Source of the DNA: an uncultured Alphaproteobacteria bacterium
Lineage (GTDB): Bacteria; Pseudomonadota; Alphaproteobacteria; ATCC43930; CGMCC-115725
Direction of reading: 5' to 3'
NCBI GenBank assembly: GCA_963807985.1
Contig: CAWEEA010000007.1
Coordinates: 178,120 to 242,119, forward strand
Length of the DNA: 64,000 bases
Below, in pieces: positions 38,964-47,304 of the stretch (positions are counted from its first letter, which is position 1; every line of letters begins with the position of its first letter). The position numbers were made by a program, and so were the translations under genes. A model generated the notes under the pieces. It had not been told where the DNA came from. It did not search any database and saw only the letters and a program-made list of their open reading frames with translations.

Positions 38964-40022
38964 CTAAACCGTGGCGACAGCGTTTGCCGGGGAGCCGACG
39001 GCGCCGGGGAGGCGCAAGGGCGGGGCGGTCAGCAGAAAGCGCGAGCGGCTGTTGGCGCGCAGCCAGTCGGCCAGCTCCGACAACCACCAGATCTCGCCGA
39101 GATAGACGCCGAGCTTGAACAGGCAATGGGCATGTAACGGCAGGGAGGCGCAGTGATCTTCCTCGCAAGGCCGTGAGGGTGAGGCCTCGACCGCGCGGTT
39201 ATCGGAAATCAATGCCACCACGCCCGACCGAGTAATCCAGTTCAAGATACGCTCGTCGCGGCCGTCGAGCGCTGCGCAAGGATATTGTTCGAGGATTGCC
39301 GCGTCGGGGTTCTTGTTCATGCCGAGGATGACTCGGTCGTAGCCGGTGCGGAAGCAGACCAGATCGCCTTCCTCGACCGTGACCTTGTCCGCGTCCATGA
39401 TCCGCATCAGCTCGTCATAGCCGACGAATTTACCGCCGCGGCCGAAATGAGCTTCGAGGTCGATCATCACGCCGCGGCCCTGGATCGGATGCGCCGCCAT
39501 GTTGTCGACCCCAAGCGCCGTGGCGCCGACATGCTCGCCCGATTCGACCGCCTGGCCGCCGCGGTAGTCCATCGGTCCGACGATGTGCTCGCCGGCGCGG
39601 TAGCCGTTATAGAAGACGATCTCGGGCTCGCCGTCGCCATCGGCGTCGAACAATTGCCCGACATGGGCGAGGCTGTCCCACTGCGTCGAGTACTGCAGCG
39701 TCATCTCGACGATGTCGTCGCAGATCACATCGACGAGACGCGGGTCCTCTCGGCTGAGCGGATAGGTCATGTAGGGCATGCCATTACGCTGGTTCGCGAT
39801 CAGGCGCGGCGGATGCCGGCGCGGGTTGACCACGGTGCCGCCCGGATAGTCGAGCGGCAGGCTCAGGCAAAAGGTCTTGCCCTCCTGTACCTCGGCGATG
39901 CCGTTGAGCACCTTGTCCGCGGTCAGCAGGTTGAGCCGGCCAAGTTGGTCGTCGGGGCCCCAATCGCCCCAAGTCGAACCCGGTGGGCGGCGTTTCCAGC
40001 GCGGATTATCGGGCATCATCAA
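38964..40022 (-). CDS. cyclase-family protein (kynurenine formamidase-like fold)
   Basis: 352-aa ORF. WGDWGPDDQLGRLNLLT...GKTFCLSLPLDYPGG...YSTQWDSLAHVG is typical of the long cyclase-family group. Call is from memory. Confidence 0.7.
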   Translation of the reverse strand: MMMPDNPRWKRRPPGSTWGDWGPDDQLGRLNLLTADKVLNGIAEVQEGKTFCLSLPLDYPGGTVVNPRRHPPRLIANQRNGMPYMTYPLSREDPRLVDVICDDIVEMTLQYSTQWDSLAHVGQLFDADGDGEPEIVFYNGYRAGEHIVGPMDYRGGQAVESGEHVGATALGVDNMAAHPIQGRGVMIDLEAHFGRGGKFVGYDELMRIMDADKVTVEEGDLVCFRTGYDRVILGMNKNPDAAILEQYPCAALDGRDERILNWITRSGVVALISDNRAVEASPSRPCEEDHCASLPLHAHCLFKLGVYLGEIWWLSELADWLRANSRSRFLLTAPPLRLPGAVGSPANAVATV

Positions 40023-40299
40023 GCTCCCCTAATTTTGCTGCCTCCGCAGCAAATCCGCAGCAAATTTCTAGTCTCTCGCTATCTGCCGGCCTCTGATCCG
40101 TCTATCATGCATCGCGATAGCGGCATTTTTTGAGGCGATCGTCCGGTCGCACGATCGTCGCTGGACGAGCCTGGCGGGCGGCGCTTCCAGCACGGATTGT
40201 CGGGTATTACTCAATGCTCCGTTGCGTGCCTCGGATGGTTCGAGACGCGCCCCCGGACGCTCCCCAGCATAAAGAAAGCCCTGAAGGGCCGGGGATTTC

Positions 40300-40344
40300 G
40301 TCATCCTGAGGAGCGGCCCTTGGGCTGCGTCTCGAAGGACGCAC
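40300..40344. repeat. left copy of an inverted repeat flanking the GIY-YIG gene
   Basis: GTCATCCTGAGGAG-CGGCCCTTGGGCTGC-GTCTCGAAGGACGCAC. The outer 14 and 16 nt are identical to the reverse complement of 40657-40700. The centre forms its own small hairpin (GCCC/GGGC). Confidence 0.8.
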
Positions 40345-40639
40345 GGGCGATAGCGCGTGTTCCGCGCGGGGAGAGGGACGGAAGCAAATGATAATCTCCA
40401 TGGATTAGCGCCTCTTTCTTCTCGCGGCGCCAGCCTTTGACCTGGCGCTCCGCCGAAGATGCATCCTCGCACCGCTCGAAATGTTGATGAAATACCAGAG
40501 CTACTGGTCGTCGAACGCTGGTGTATCCGCGGTATTCACCAGCCTGATGTTCGGCTATTCGCTTGTCGAGGCTGCCGATTGTGGTGCCGACGTAATAGGA
40601 ATTGTCGGCACAACGGAGAATGTAGAGGTAGGCGGTCAC
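40301..40639 (-). CDS. GIY-YIG nuclease-family protein
   Basis: 112-aa ORF. YLYILRCADNSYYVGTTIGSLDKRIAEHQ...ERQVKGWRREKK (GIY...YVG...R...E motifs). The last ~13 codons run into the flanking repeat. Confidence 0.8.
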   Translation of the reverse strand: MTAYLYILRCADNSYYVGTTIGSLDKRIAEHQAGEYRGYTSVRRPVALVFHQHFERCEDASSAERQVKGWRREKKEALIHGDYHLLPSLSPRGTRAIARASFETQPKGRSSG

Positions 40640-40656
40640 ATCGACCTCCGACCTTA

Positions 40657-40700
40657 GTGCGTCCTTCGAGACGGGCGCTTCGCGCCCTCCTCAGGATGAC
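40657..40700. repeat. right copy of the inverted repeat flanking the GIY-YIG gene
   Basis: GTGCGTCCTTCGAGAC-GGGCGCTTCGCGCC-CTCCTCAGGATGAC. Its centre forms a different but again self-complementary hairpin (GGCGC/GCGCC). Confidence 0.8.
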
Positions 40701-40715
40701 GGGGAGTTGCGATGG

Positions 40716-41690
40716 CTAAACGACCTTCGCCAGCTTTTGCAGGCTGCGCAGGCCGGGCGGGATTTGTTCGCCCTTGGCGCGGACGCGGCGGCCCCAATTG
40801 GTGAACGAGACCTCGCCGACATAGATGTCGCCGCGCGAATCGACGGAAATCCCGTGCGGCGAGATGAATTGGCCGGAATCGAGGCCGGCATGCGCAGGCC
40901 CGAGCCGCGCCAGCAATTCGCCCTTGGCGGTATAGATGCTGACCCGCGGCCCGCAATTCGGCAGGTCGATATTGACCGCCATGTCCGGCCCGATCTCGCC
41001 GACGAAGAAGCGCGGTGTCTTGGTGCCGGCTTCCATGTAAAGGCCCGAGGGGCGGTGCATGTTGTTCCATTGGGTCTCGTATTTGCCGTTGCCGTCGAAC
41101 ACCTGGACGCGATGGTTCTCGCGGTCGGCGACATAGACCCAGCCGTCCGGGTCGCAGCAGATGTTGTGGGCGATGTTGAACTGCCCAGGGTCGGTGCCGG
41201 GCTCGCCCCACGACATCACTCGCTTGCCGTCGGGCGTGTATTTGTGCACCCGCGAATTGCCGTAGCCGTCGGAGATGTAGAGATAGTCGGCCTGCGGCGA
41301 CAGCGCGGTATGGGTGCAACGGTGGAATGGCTCGCCGCTCATATAGGGCGCGGGCTTCCCAGGGATGCCGATCGTCAGCAATACCTTGCCGGCGAGGGTG
41401 CATTGGCGGACCGTGTGATCGCCGTCATCGGTCAGCCAGATCGTCTCGTCAGGCGCCATGTGGACGCCATGTGGGCGCAGGAACACGCCTTCGCCCCACG
41501 AACGCAGGAAGTTACCGTTGCGGTCGAACACGCACATCGGATGCTTGCCGCGGTTGAAGGCATAGACATTGTCGTTTTTGTCGACGCCGACCGCAGCGAC
41601 ATCGGCGTTGAACTCATAGCCGGGCGGCAGTTTCGCCCAACCGTCGACGACTTCGTACCGGTAGCCGTCCGTTCCGAGAATAACCGCCAT
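40716..41690 (-). CDS. NHL-repeat six-bladed beta-propeller protein (peptidyl-alpha-hydroxyglycine alpha-amidating lyase-like)
   Basis: 324-aa ORF with repeated ...P[HS]G[IV]..D..G.[IV][WY][VL][AT]D... units (e.g. RPHGVHMAPDETIWLTDD, YLYISDGYGNSRVHKY, WVYVADRENHRVQVF, PHGISVDSRGDIYVGE). Confidence 0.75.
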   Translation of the reverse strand: MAVILGTDGYRYEVVDGWAKLPPGYEFNADVAAVGVDKNDNVYAFNRGKHPMCVFDRNGNFLRSWGEGVFLRPHGVHMAPDETIWLTDDGDHTVRQCTLAGKVLLTIGIPGKPAPYMSGEPFHRCTHTALSPQADYLYISDGYGNSRVHKYTPDGKRVMSWGEPGTDPGQFNIAHNICCDPDGWVYVADRENHRVQVFDGNGKYETQWNNMHRPSGLYMEAGTKTPRFFVGEIGPDMAVNIDLPNCGPRVSIYTAKGELLARLGPAHAGLDSGQFISPHGISVDSRGDIYVGEVSFTNWGRRVRAKGEQIPPGLRSLQKLAKVV

Positions 41691-41888
41691 TGCGTTTTCC
41701 TCCGTCGCTGGATTTGCGGGATTATAGGGCCGTACCGCGCCCGCTCAACTCACAGGGCACCACACAAGGCGGCATGACGAAGATCTGCGGCCGCAGCGAC
41801 TGCCTGACATGCTCGTTTGGGGTCGGGGTTGCCACCTGCATCCCGATGGCGGACCATGAACGCCGATCTGCCAGGGAAGGGGGCGGCG

Positions 41889-43043
41889 ATGAAATACGAT
41901 CTTCTGATCACCGGCGGCGAGGTGCTCGACCCCGCCGCCGGGTTGCGCGGCCTATGGATATCGGCATCGCCGGCGGCAAGATCGTTGCGGTGGCGCCGTC
42001 GCTGCCGGCATGCGGAGGCGCGTCGCACGATCAGCGCCAAGGGCCGGCTGGTGACGCCGGGCCTGGTCGACATCCACGCCCATATCTTCGTCAATGCGCA
42101 TGATATGGCCGGCGACACCGATCGCTTCTGCCGGGCGAGCGGGGTCACCACCTTGTGCGACGCCGGCAGCGCCGGCTCGGCCACTTTTGCCGGGCTGCGC
42201 CAGGTCATCGACCGTGAGGTGCGCACCCGCACCCGCGCCTTCGTCAATCTGTCGGCGATCGGCATCGTCGGCACCTCGCGCGGCGGCGAGCTGTCGCATT
42301 TTCCCTATGCCGACCCCGAAGGCTGCGCCCGCACGATCAGCGAAAACCCCGACCTCGCGATCGGCGTCAAGCTGCGCTACGGGCCCGGGCCTGGTTTGGG
42401 AATACACCCCCGAGCCGGTCAAATTGGCGCGCAGGACCGCGGATATGGCCGGCGGCGTGCCGATGATGATGCACATCACCAACTCGCCGATCCCGCTGCC
42501 CGAACTGCTCGCCCATCATGAAGCCCGGCGACATCGTCACCCACTGCTATCACGGCCGCGCGCACGGCATCATGGGCCAGGAAAAGCAGCTGGTTCTGAA
42601 GGAGGTCGTCGAGGCGCAGCGCCACGGCATCATCTTCGACTGCGCGCATGGCCGCAGCCATTTCAGCTTTCCGATGATCGAGAAGGCGCTCGACCAGGGT
42701 TTTCTGCCCGACACGATCTCGACCGACCTGACCTTTACCAGCGCGACCCAGGGGCCGGTATGGGATCTGCCGACGACGATGTCGAAATTGCTGCATTTCG
42801 GCATGTCGCTCGACGATCTCGTCATGCGCTCGACCGCGGCGCCAGCGAAGATCCTCGGCTATGAGGGCACGGTCGGAACCCTCGCTCCCGGCGCCAATGC
42901 CGACATCGCCGCTGTTCGAGCTGCGCGACGGCAATTTCCAATTGCGCGACAGCGACGGCAACACCGTCACCGCAAAGCGCCGGCTGATCGCCCAGATGAC
43001 GATCAAGGACGGGCGCATGTGGTACGAGCGGGCGGCCGAATAA
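41889..43043 (+). pseudogene. amidohydrolase/deacetylase-family metallohydrolase with 5 frame switches as assembled
   Basis: Successive homologous segments lie in different frames: MKYDLLITGGEVLDPAAGLRG | MDIGIAGGKIVAVAPSLP | GRLVTPGLVDIHAHIF...AIGVKLRYGPG | LVWEYTPEPVKLARRTADMAGGVPMMMHITNSPIPLPELL | KPGDIVTHCYHG...LAPGANADIA | LFELRDGNFQLRDS...IKDGRMWY. Switches are near 41950, 42005, 42395, 42515 and 42905. Confidence 0.8.
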
Positions 43044-43093
43044 ACCACGCTTCATCGCCGTGGGCGCGCAAGCTGTCCCCGTGACCCCGTAGA

Positions 43094-44026
43094 ATGATCG
43101 CGACCGGGCAGACCGCGGAGCTCTCCGAGGTAGCCGCGGAGCGAGCGCAGAGCTGGCGGGCGGCGCTTGCCGCGATCGGCGACAGCGTGATGGTGGGCTT
43201 CATGCCGATCATCACCTTGCAGCTCTACAAGGCGGGGATCAGCGCGTCCTCGATGCTGGCTTGGCGCTACGGCTTGGCGTTGGTCCCGCTGGCAGCGGCC
43301 TCGGTGACGGCTGGGCACGACTTCCGCGCAGCGCTACGCAGTGGCGCGTGGCGGATTGCCGTGGTCGGGGCAACGCTCGGGGCCGGGCAGACCTTGTGCT
43401 TCTGGGAAAGCCTGCACACCCTCGACACCAGCGTCGCGATTCTCTTGTTCTACACCTATCCGGCGCTGACCTTGGCGCTCGACCGGCTGATCTTCAAGCG
43501 GCGGATCCGGCTGCGGGCGGCGGCGTGCGTCGCGATCATCCTGATTGGCGCCGGGCTGATCACCTTTCCGGGGCTGCATGGCGGCAGTCTCGACCCGCGC
43601 GGCCTGATGTGGATTTTGCCGTCGCCGTTGATCTACGCGCTCTACCTCGCCGCCAGTTCGGTGCTGATGCGCCCTTATCCGCCGCTGATCGGCGCGGTCT
43701 TCCTTTATCTCGGACTGATCACGACCTTTGGCGGTGCGAGCCTCTATCTCGGCCTCGACATTCCGGCCGCGCTTGGCACGTGGCTACTGGTCTTGTTCAT
43801 CGCCTTGGGGCCTGGCGCGCTGACCGTTACGCTGTTTTCCTACAGCGTGCCGAGGCTTGGACCCGTCAGCTATGCGGTCGTCGCCAATTGCGAGCTGGTG
43901 ACCGTAATCCTGGTTGGCGTGCTGGCCTTGGGCGAGAGACTGACCGCGGCGCGGGCGACCGGCGCCTGCCTGATCCTTTGTGGCATCCTGCTGCACGGGT
44001 TTTTCCGCAGGCCAAACCCGCGCTGA
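43094..44026 (+). CDS. DMT-superfamily (EamA-like) transporter
   Basis: Intact 310-aa ORF with ~10 TM segments in two EamA-like halves. Confidence 0.85.
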   Translation: MIATGQTAELSEVAAERAQSWRAALAAIGDSVMVGFMPIITLQLYKAGISASSMLAWRYGLALVPLAAASVTAGHDFRAALRSGAWRIAVVGATLGAGQTLCFWESLHTLDTSVAILLFYTYPALTLALDRLIFKRRIRLRAAACVAIILIGAGLITFPGLHGGSLDPRGLMWILPSPLIYALYLAASSVLMRPYPPLIGAVFLYLGLITTFGGASLYLGLDIPAALGTWLLVLFIALGPGALTVTLFSYSVPRLGPVSYAVVANCELVTVILVGVLALGERLTAARATGACLILCGILLHGFFRRPNPR

Positions 44027-44234
44027 ACCATGAGGGTGCCTGCTATGCCGAAACATCGAGAGCGAGCGGATTACACGTGATTCGATAATTACGAAAAATC
44101 TATCGATCGAAGAGAGAATTTTTAGAAACAATGCGTCCGCGACGCGATATAAGTGCTCTCCATTAGGGTAAACGACCGCTTAGCGTCCTCTTCGCCGCCC
44201 TCTGCGGGGCGCCCTTGCCCGGAAAGGAAACAGC

Positions 44235-45191
44235 ATGGCCCTCCGCCCGAATTTCGTCCAAGTTGTTCTCGTTATGTCCTTGTTGGCGGCTCCGGCGCAC
44301 GCCGCGACCACCGGGGTGAACCAGTTGACGACGGCGAGTGCCTCTACCTGCCCTGCCACTTCCTGGATCGATGTGCGCTGCTACGGTGCCACCGGTAACG
44401 GCAGCACCGACGATACCGCCGCGATCAACCGGGCACTGTCCGCAGCGCTCGCTGCCGACCAGCCTTTGTTCCTTCCGCATGGCACGTTCAAGCTCACGAG
44501 CCCGCTGGTCATCGACTACGGGAGCCGATCGGACACCGGATTTCGCGTGATTTCGATGGGCGCCATCCTCGACGGAAAGACGATCGCCGCGCAACCGGTG
44601 CTCGAAATCCTGTGCTCCGGCGGCACGCCGATTTCGCCAAAAGGATGCTTTTATTTCAACGAGCAAGGAACTCTGTTCGTCAATGGCCGCAGCGATAGCT
44701 ACGCCGTGGTGATCGGCCAGCGCGATTTTTCGGACGCGCAGAACTCGCTGAAGATCGATCATCTGATCGTCAACAACGCCGACGCCGGCGCGCGGGCGGG
44801 CGGGCTCCAGCTCAACTACGTGCTGAGCTCCGAAATCTTTGCGGTCGCCGACGCCGCCGGAGGGGCCGCAGGCATCGCGCTGGAGCAGACCCAAATTTCC
44901 CGCATCAGTGGCGCTGGCTCGGCGGCGGCCAAAGGCGGGGCGGCGCTGCTGATAGAGAACGGATATAGCTTTGCCAACACCATCGACGCGATGGACCTCG
45001 AAGTCGCGCCGACCTGCCTAGTGATCAATTCGCGCAACGCCGCTCACAACACCTTCATTTCACCTTACATGGCATGTCCGACGGCGGTCGACGCAAGCGC
45101 CGGCAACACCACTCGTCTCGTCAACCCGCTGTTTGGCGGAAACGTGAAAAAGGAGTTCGCTGCGGCGGTCGGCATCACCACGAGTCCGTGA
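44235..45191 (+). CDS. exported right-handed beta-helix protein (pectate-lyase superfamily / tailspike-like N-terminus)
   Basis: 318-aa ORF with a signal peptide (VVLVMSLLAAPAHAATT). IDVRCYGATGNGSTDDTAAINRAL is the characteristic N-terminal motif of Pectate_lyase_3-type proteins. The upstream region is AT-rich. Confidence 0.65.
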   Translation: MALRPNFVQVVLVMSLLAAPAHAATTGVNQLTTASASTCPATSWIDVRCYGATGNGSTDDTAAINRALSAALAADQPLFLPHGTFKLTSPLVIDYGSRSDTGFRVISMGAILDGKTIAAQPVLEILCSGGTPISPKGCFYFNEQGTLFVNGRSDSYAVVIGQRDFSDAQNSLKIDHLIVNNADAGARAGGLQLNYVLSSEIFAVADAAGGAAGIALEQTQISRISGAGSAAAKGGAALLIENGYSFANTIDAMDLEVAPTCLVINSRNAAHNTFISPYMACPTAVDASAGNTTRLVNPLFGGNVKKEFAAAVGITTSP

Positions 45192-45250
45192 CCGCGAGCG
45201 TCGGAGCTCGCGGCCTTTGACAAAGGCGGCCTCGCTGGCCAAATCTGGGT

Positions 45251-45676
45251 TGCCAGACGGCCGGACGGCCGCTCTCCGCCGCCGTGCGGGGAGAGGAAAG
45301 TCCGGGCTCCACGGAGGTACGGTGCCGGGTAACGCCCGGCGGGGGCGACCCCAGGGAAAGTGCCACAGAAAGTATACCGCCGAGCCCGCCCGCGGCATCC
45401 CTCGGGCGGGCGGCAAGGGTGAAACGGTGCGGTAAGAGCGCACCGCGCCGCCGGCAACGGCGGCGGCAGGGAAAACCCCACCGGGAGCAAGACCAAGTAG
45501 GAGCGGCAGGCATCAGGGAGCGATCCCGAGGTGCCGGGCGGACCTTTGCGCCGCCGCTCGGGTCGGTCGCACGAGGCGTCCGGTAACGGGCGTCCCAGAG
45601 GAATGGCCGTCACCGTCCCGCAAGCCCATCGGGCGGACTGGGGCGGTACAGAACCCGGCTTACGCGCCGTCTGGCA
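45251..45676 (+). ncRNA. rnpB: RNase P RNA, bacterial type A
   Basis: Conserved blocks GAGGAAAGTCCGGGCTCCA, GGTGCCGGGTAACGCCCGG, GAAAGTGCCACAGAAA, GGTGAAACGGTGCGGTAAGAGCGCACC and ACAGAACCCGGCTTA. P1 pairs TGCCAGACGGC (45251-) with GCCGTCTGGCA (-45676). Confidence 0.9.
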
Positions 45677-45917
45677 TCGCCCGGCCCCGTACAGCTCATC
45701 GGGCAGTAGTTTGTGGCGTGGACGATGTGCCGGACCAAACGGGGATAACTGCGCTTTTTTGGGGAAAACCCTGTGGATCGCCGATTGCCCCGTTGCCGCC
45801 CGCCTTCATCCGCCTAAGCTTGCCCGCGTGTGGTTGCGCCGCTGATGCCTAAGGTTGCGGCGGGGAGCCTGCGGGCGATGTTGCCGAGCCCGCGCGCCAC
45901 ACTTGGGGGGACGGGGC

Positions 45918-45948
45918 GGGCGACCTCCGGAGGTCGCCCGTTTCTCTT
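45918..45948 (+). terminator. candidate rho-independent terminator
   Basis: Perfect 22-nt palindrome GGGCGACCTCCGGAGGTCGCCC followed by GTTTCTCTT. No annotated gene ends directly upstream (rnpB ends at 45676). Confidence 0.5.
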
Positions 45949-46068
45949 GAGCGCCATCTCGAACTCGGTGCCGAGCCGCCGCCCAACAGCCCCGGCTCTG
46001 GCGCCGCAGATATTTTCCTCTGGTCAATATCACCATATTTATGGCATTCTTTTGCCATAGTTTCGATA

Positions 46069-46305
46069 ATGGCGGTTGCGATGGCGAGAGATGTAAATCC
46101 GTTGAAATCAGAGCTGATCACCTTGTCGCTTAACGTCCAGACCGTGTGGTACCTCGACCGCCTGGTCGAGACCGGTCTCTTTGGCAACAACCGCACCGAG
46201 GCGGCGCGGGTCGCCCTTTACGACCATTGTAAATTACTCGTTGCCGAACGGAAGCTGGAGATGGCCCCGCGCCTGCCGAGCAAACTGGTCGCCATGACCG
46301 AGTAG
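46069..46305 (+). CDS. small ribbon-helix-helix (CopG-like) protein; candidate regulator
   Basis: 78-aa ORF. ELITLSLNVQTVWYLDRLVETGLFGNNRTEAARVALYDH fits a strand-helix-helix pattern. No good SD, and ATG at 46081 is an alternative start. Confidence 0.45.
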   Translation: MAVAMARDVNPLKSELITLSLNVQTVWYLDRLVETGLFGNNRTEAARVALYDHCKLLVAERKLEMAPRLPSKLVAMTE

Positions 46306-46699
46306 TCTGGCCATGCCGTTCTGTATCCACGAAGCAAAAGTCCAGCCGGCGATCCCATTGCCACGTCGCCGACGGGTCGGACCGGCCACGGCACTCGGAC
46401 GTAGGCCGCCGGTCAGCAGCGTCCCCAACGCCGGTCCAAGCATAACCGGTTGTCTCACCACTGGAATGTCAGCGCGCTCGCCGGCGATGCGATGCCCTGC
46501 CCCCGCGTCAACCGCCTTACCCGCGTCGTGTCCGGACGTGGCCTATCCGAAATTTCTGACATATCGGTCGCGGCGGCCTGGCTTGCCTCTGAGACAGTCA
46601 TTCCGCCGCTTGTGTCCGGGACGCCTACGGCGACTACATAAGGTGGCCAAGCCATCTCGCATGCAATCCCTACAAAATCAAGAGTTTTATTTCACAAAG

Positions 46700-46744
46700 C
46701 CATTGACGACCATGAAGTACCATGCTATCCCATGTTCACCCATG
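46700..46744 (+). promoter_or_regulatory. five CCAT(G/T) repeats at exact 10-bp phasing overlapping a TTGACG -35-like hexamer; candidate MraZ operator / dcw promoter
   Basis: CCATT at 46700, then CCATG at 46710, 46720, 46730 and 46740. TTGACG at 46703-46708. Lies 92-136 bp upstream of the mraZ ATG. Confidence 0.55.
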
Positions 46745-46835
46745 GACGGATGTAGCCGATGGGGGGAACTTCGGCGGCATCTATCGGGCGCCCCTTGCCG
46801 AGCGTCCAAGGGCGAGCGTTGGGGGAAGAAGTGGC

Positions 46836-47304
46836 ATGTTTCTGTCCACTTACGTGAACAAGGTCGACCGCAAGGGGCGAGTTTCAGTGCCGGCGACCTT
46901 TCGCGCCTCATTGGCGGCCCAGCGTTTTCCGGGCATCGTCGCATTTCCGTCGTACAAATATCCGGCGATCGACGCCAATGGCATCGAGCGAATGGAGGAG
47001 CTGGCCGCCCGGCTCGAGACTCTCGAGGAATTTTCCGACGAGCACGAGAATCTGGCGGCGCTGCTGTTCGCCCCCTCGCAGCGGCTCCCCTTCGACACTG
47101 AGGGACGGGTGGTGTTGCCGGCGGACCTAGCCGCAGCATGCCTTTATTACCGACAGCGCAGCCTTTGTCGGTCTAGGCAAGAGTTTTCAGATCTGGGAAC
47201 CCGGCCGTTTCGCCGAACATCTGGCGAATCTGCGCGAGCGCGCCCGCCGGCAAGGGACCAAGATCCCGCCGCTCGGCGGTATGCCAGACCGGCGCCGGGA
47301 ATGA
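46836..47304 (+). pseudogene. mraZ: transcriptional regulator MraZ with 1 frame switch as assembled
   Basis: [23 protein letters not shown]...[16 protein letters not shown], then after TTT at 47143-47145, [26 protein letters not shown]... The stop overlaps the rsmH ATG (ATGA 47301-47304). Confidence 0.9.

Noticed and set aside
40654-41777. Alternative ORFs 40654..41403 (minus, 249 aa) and 40707..41777 (plus, 356 aa) over the NHL-repeat gene
   Set aside because: The 324-aa frame 40716..41690 shows clear repeated NHL-type blades. The alternatives are Arg/Pro-rich shadows.
45065-45845. ORFs overlapping the RNase P RNA (45065..45613 minus, 45175..45513 minus, 45284..45586 plus, 45531..45845 plus)
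   Set aside because: The region is fully explained by a type A RNase P RNA with all conserved blocks. These are spurious GC-rich ORFs.
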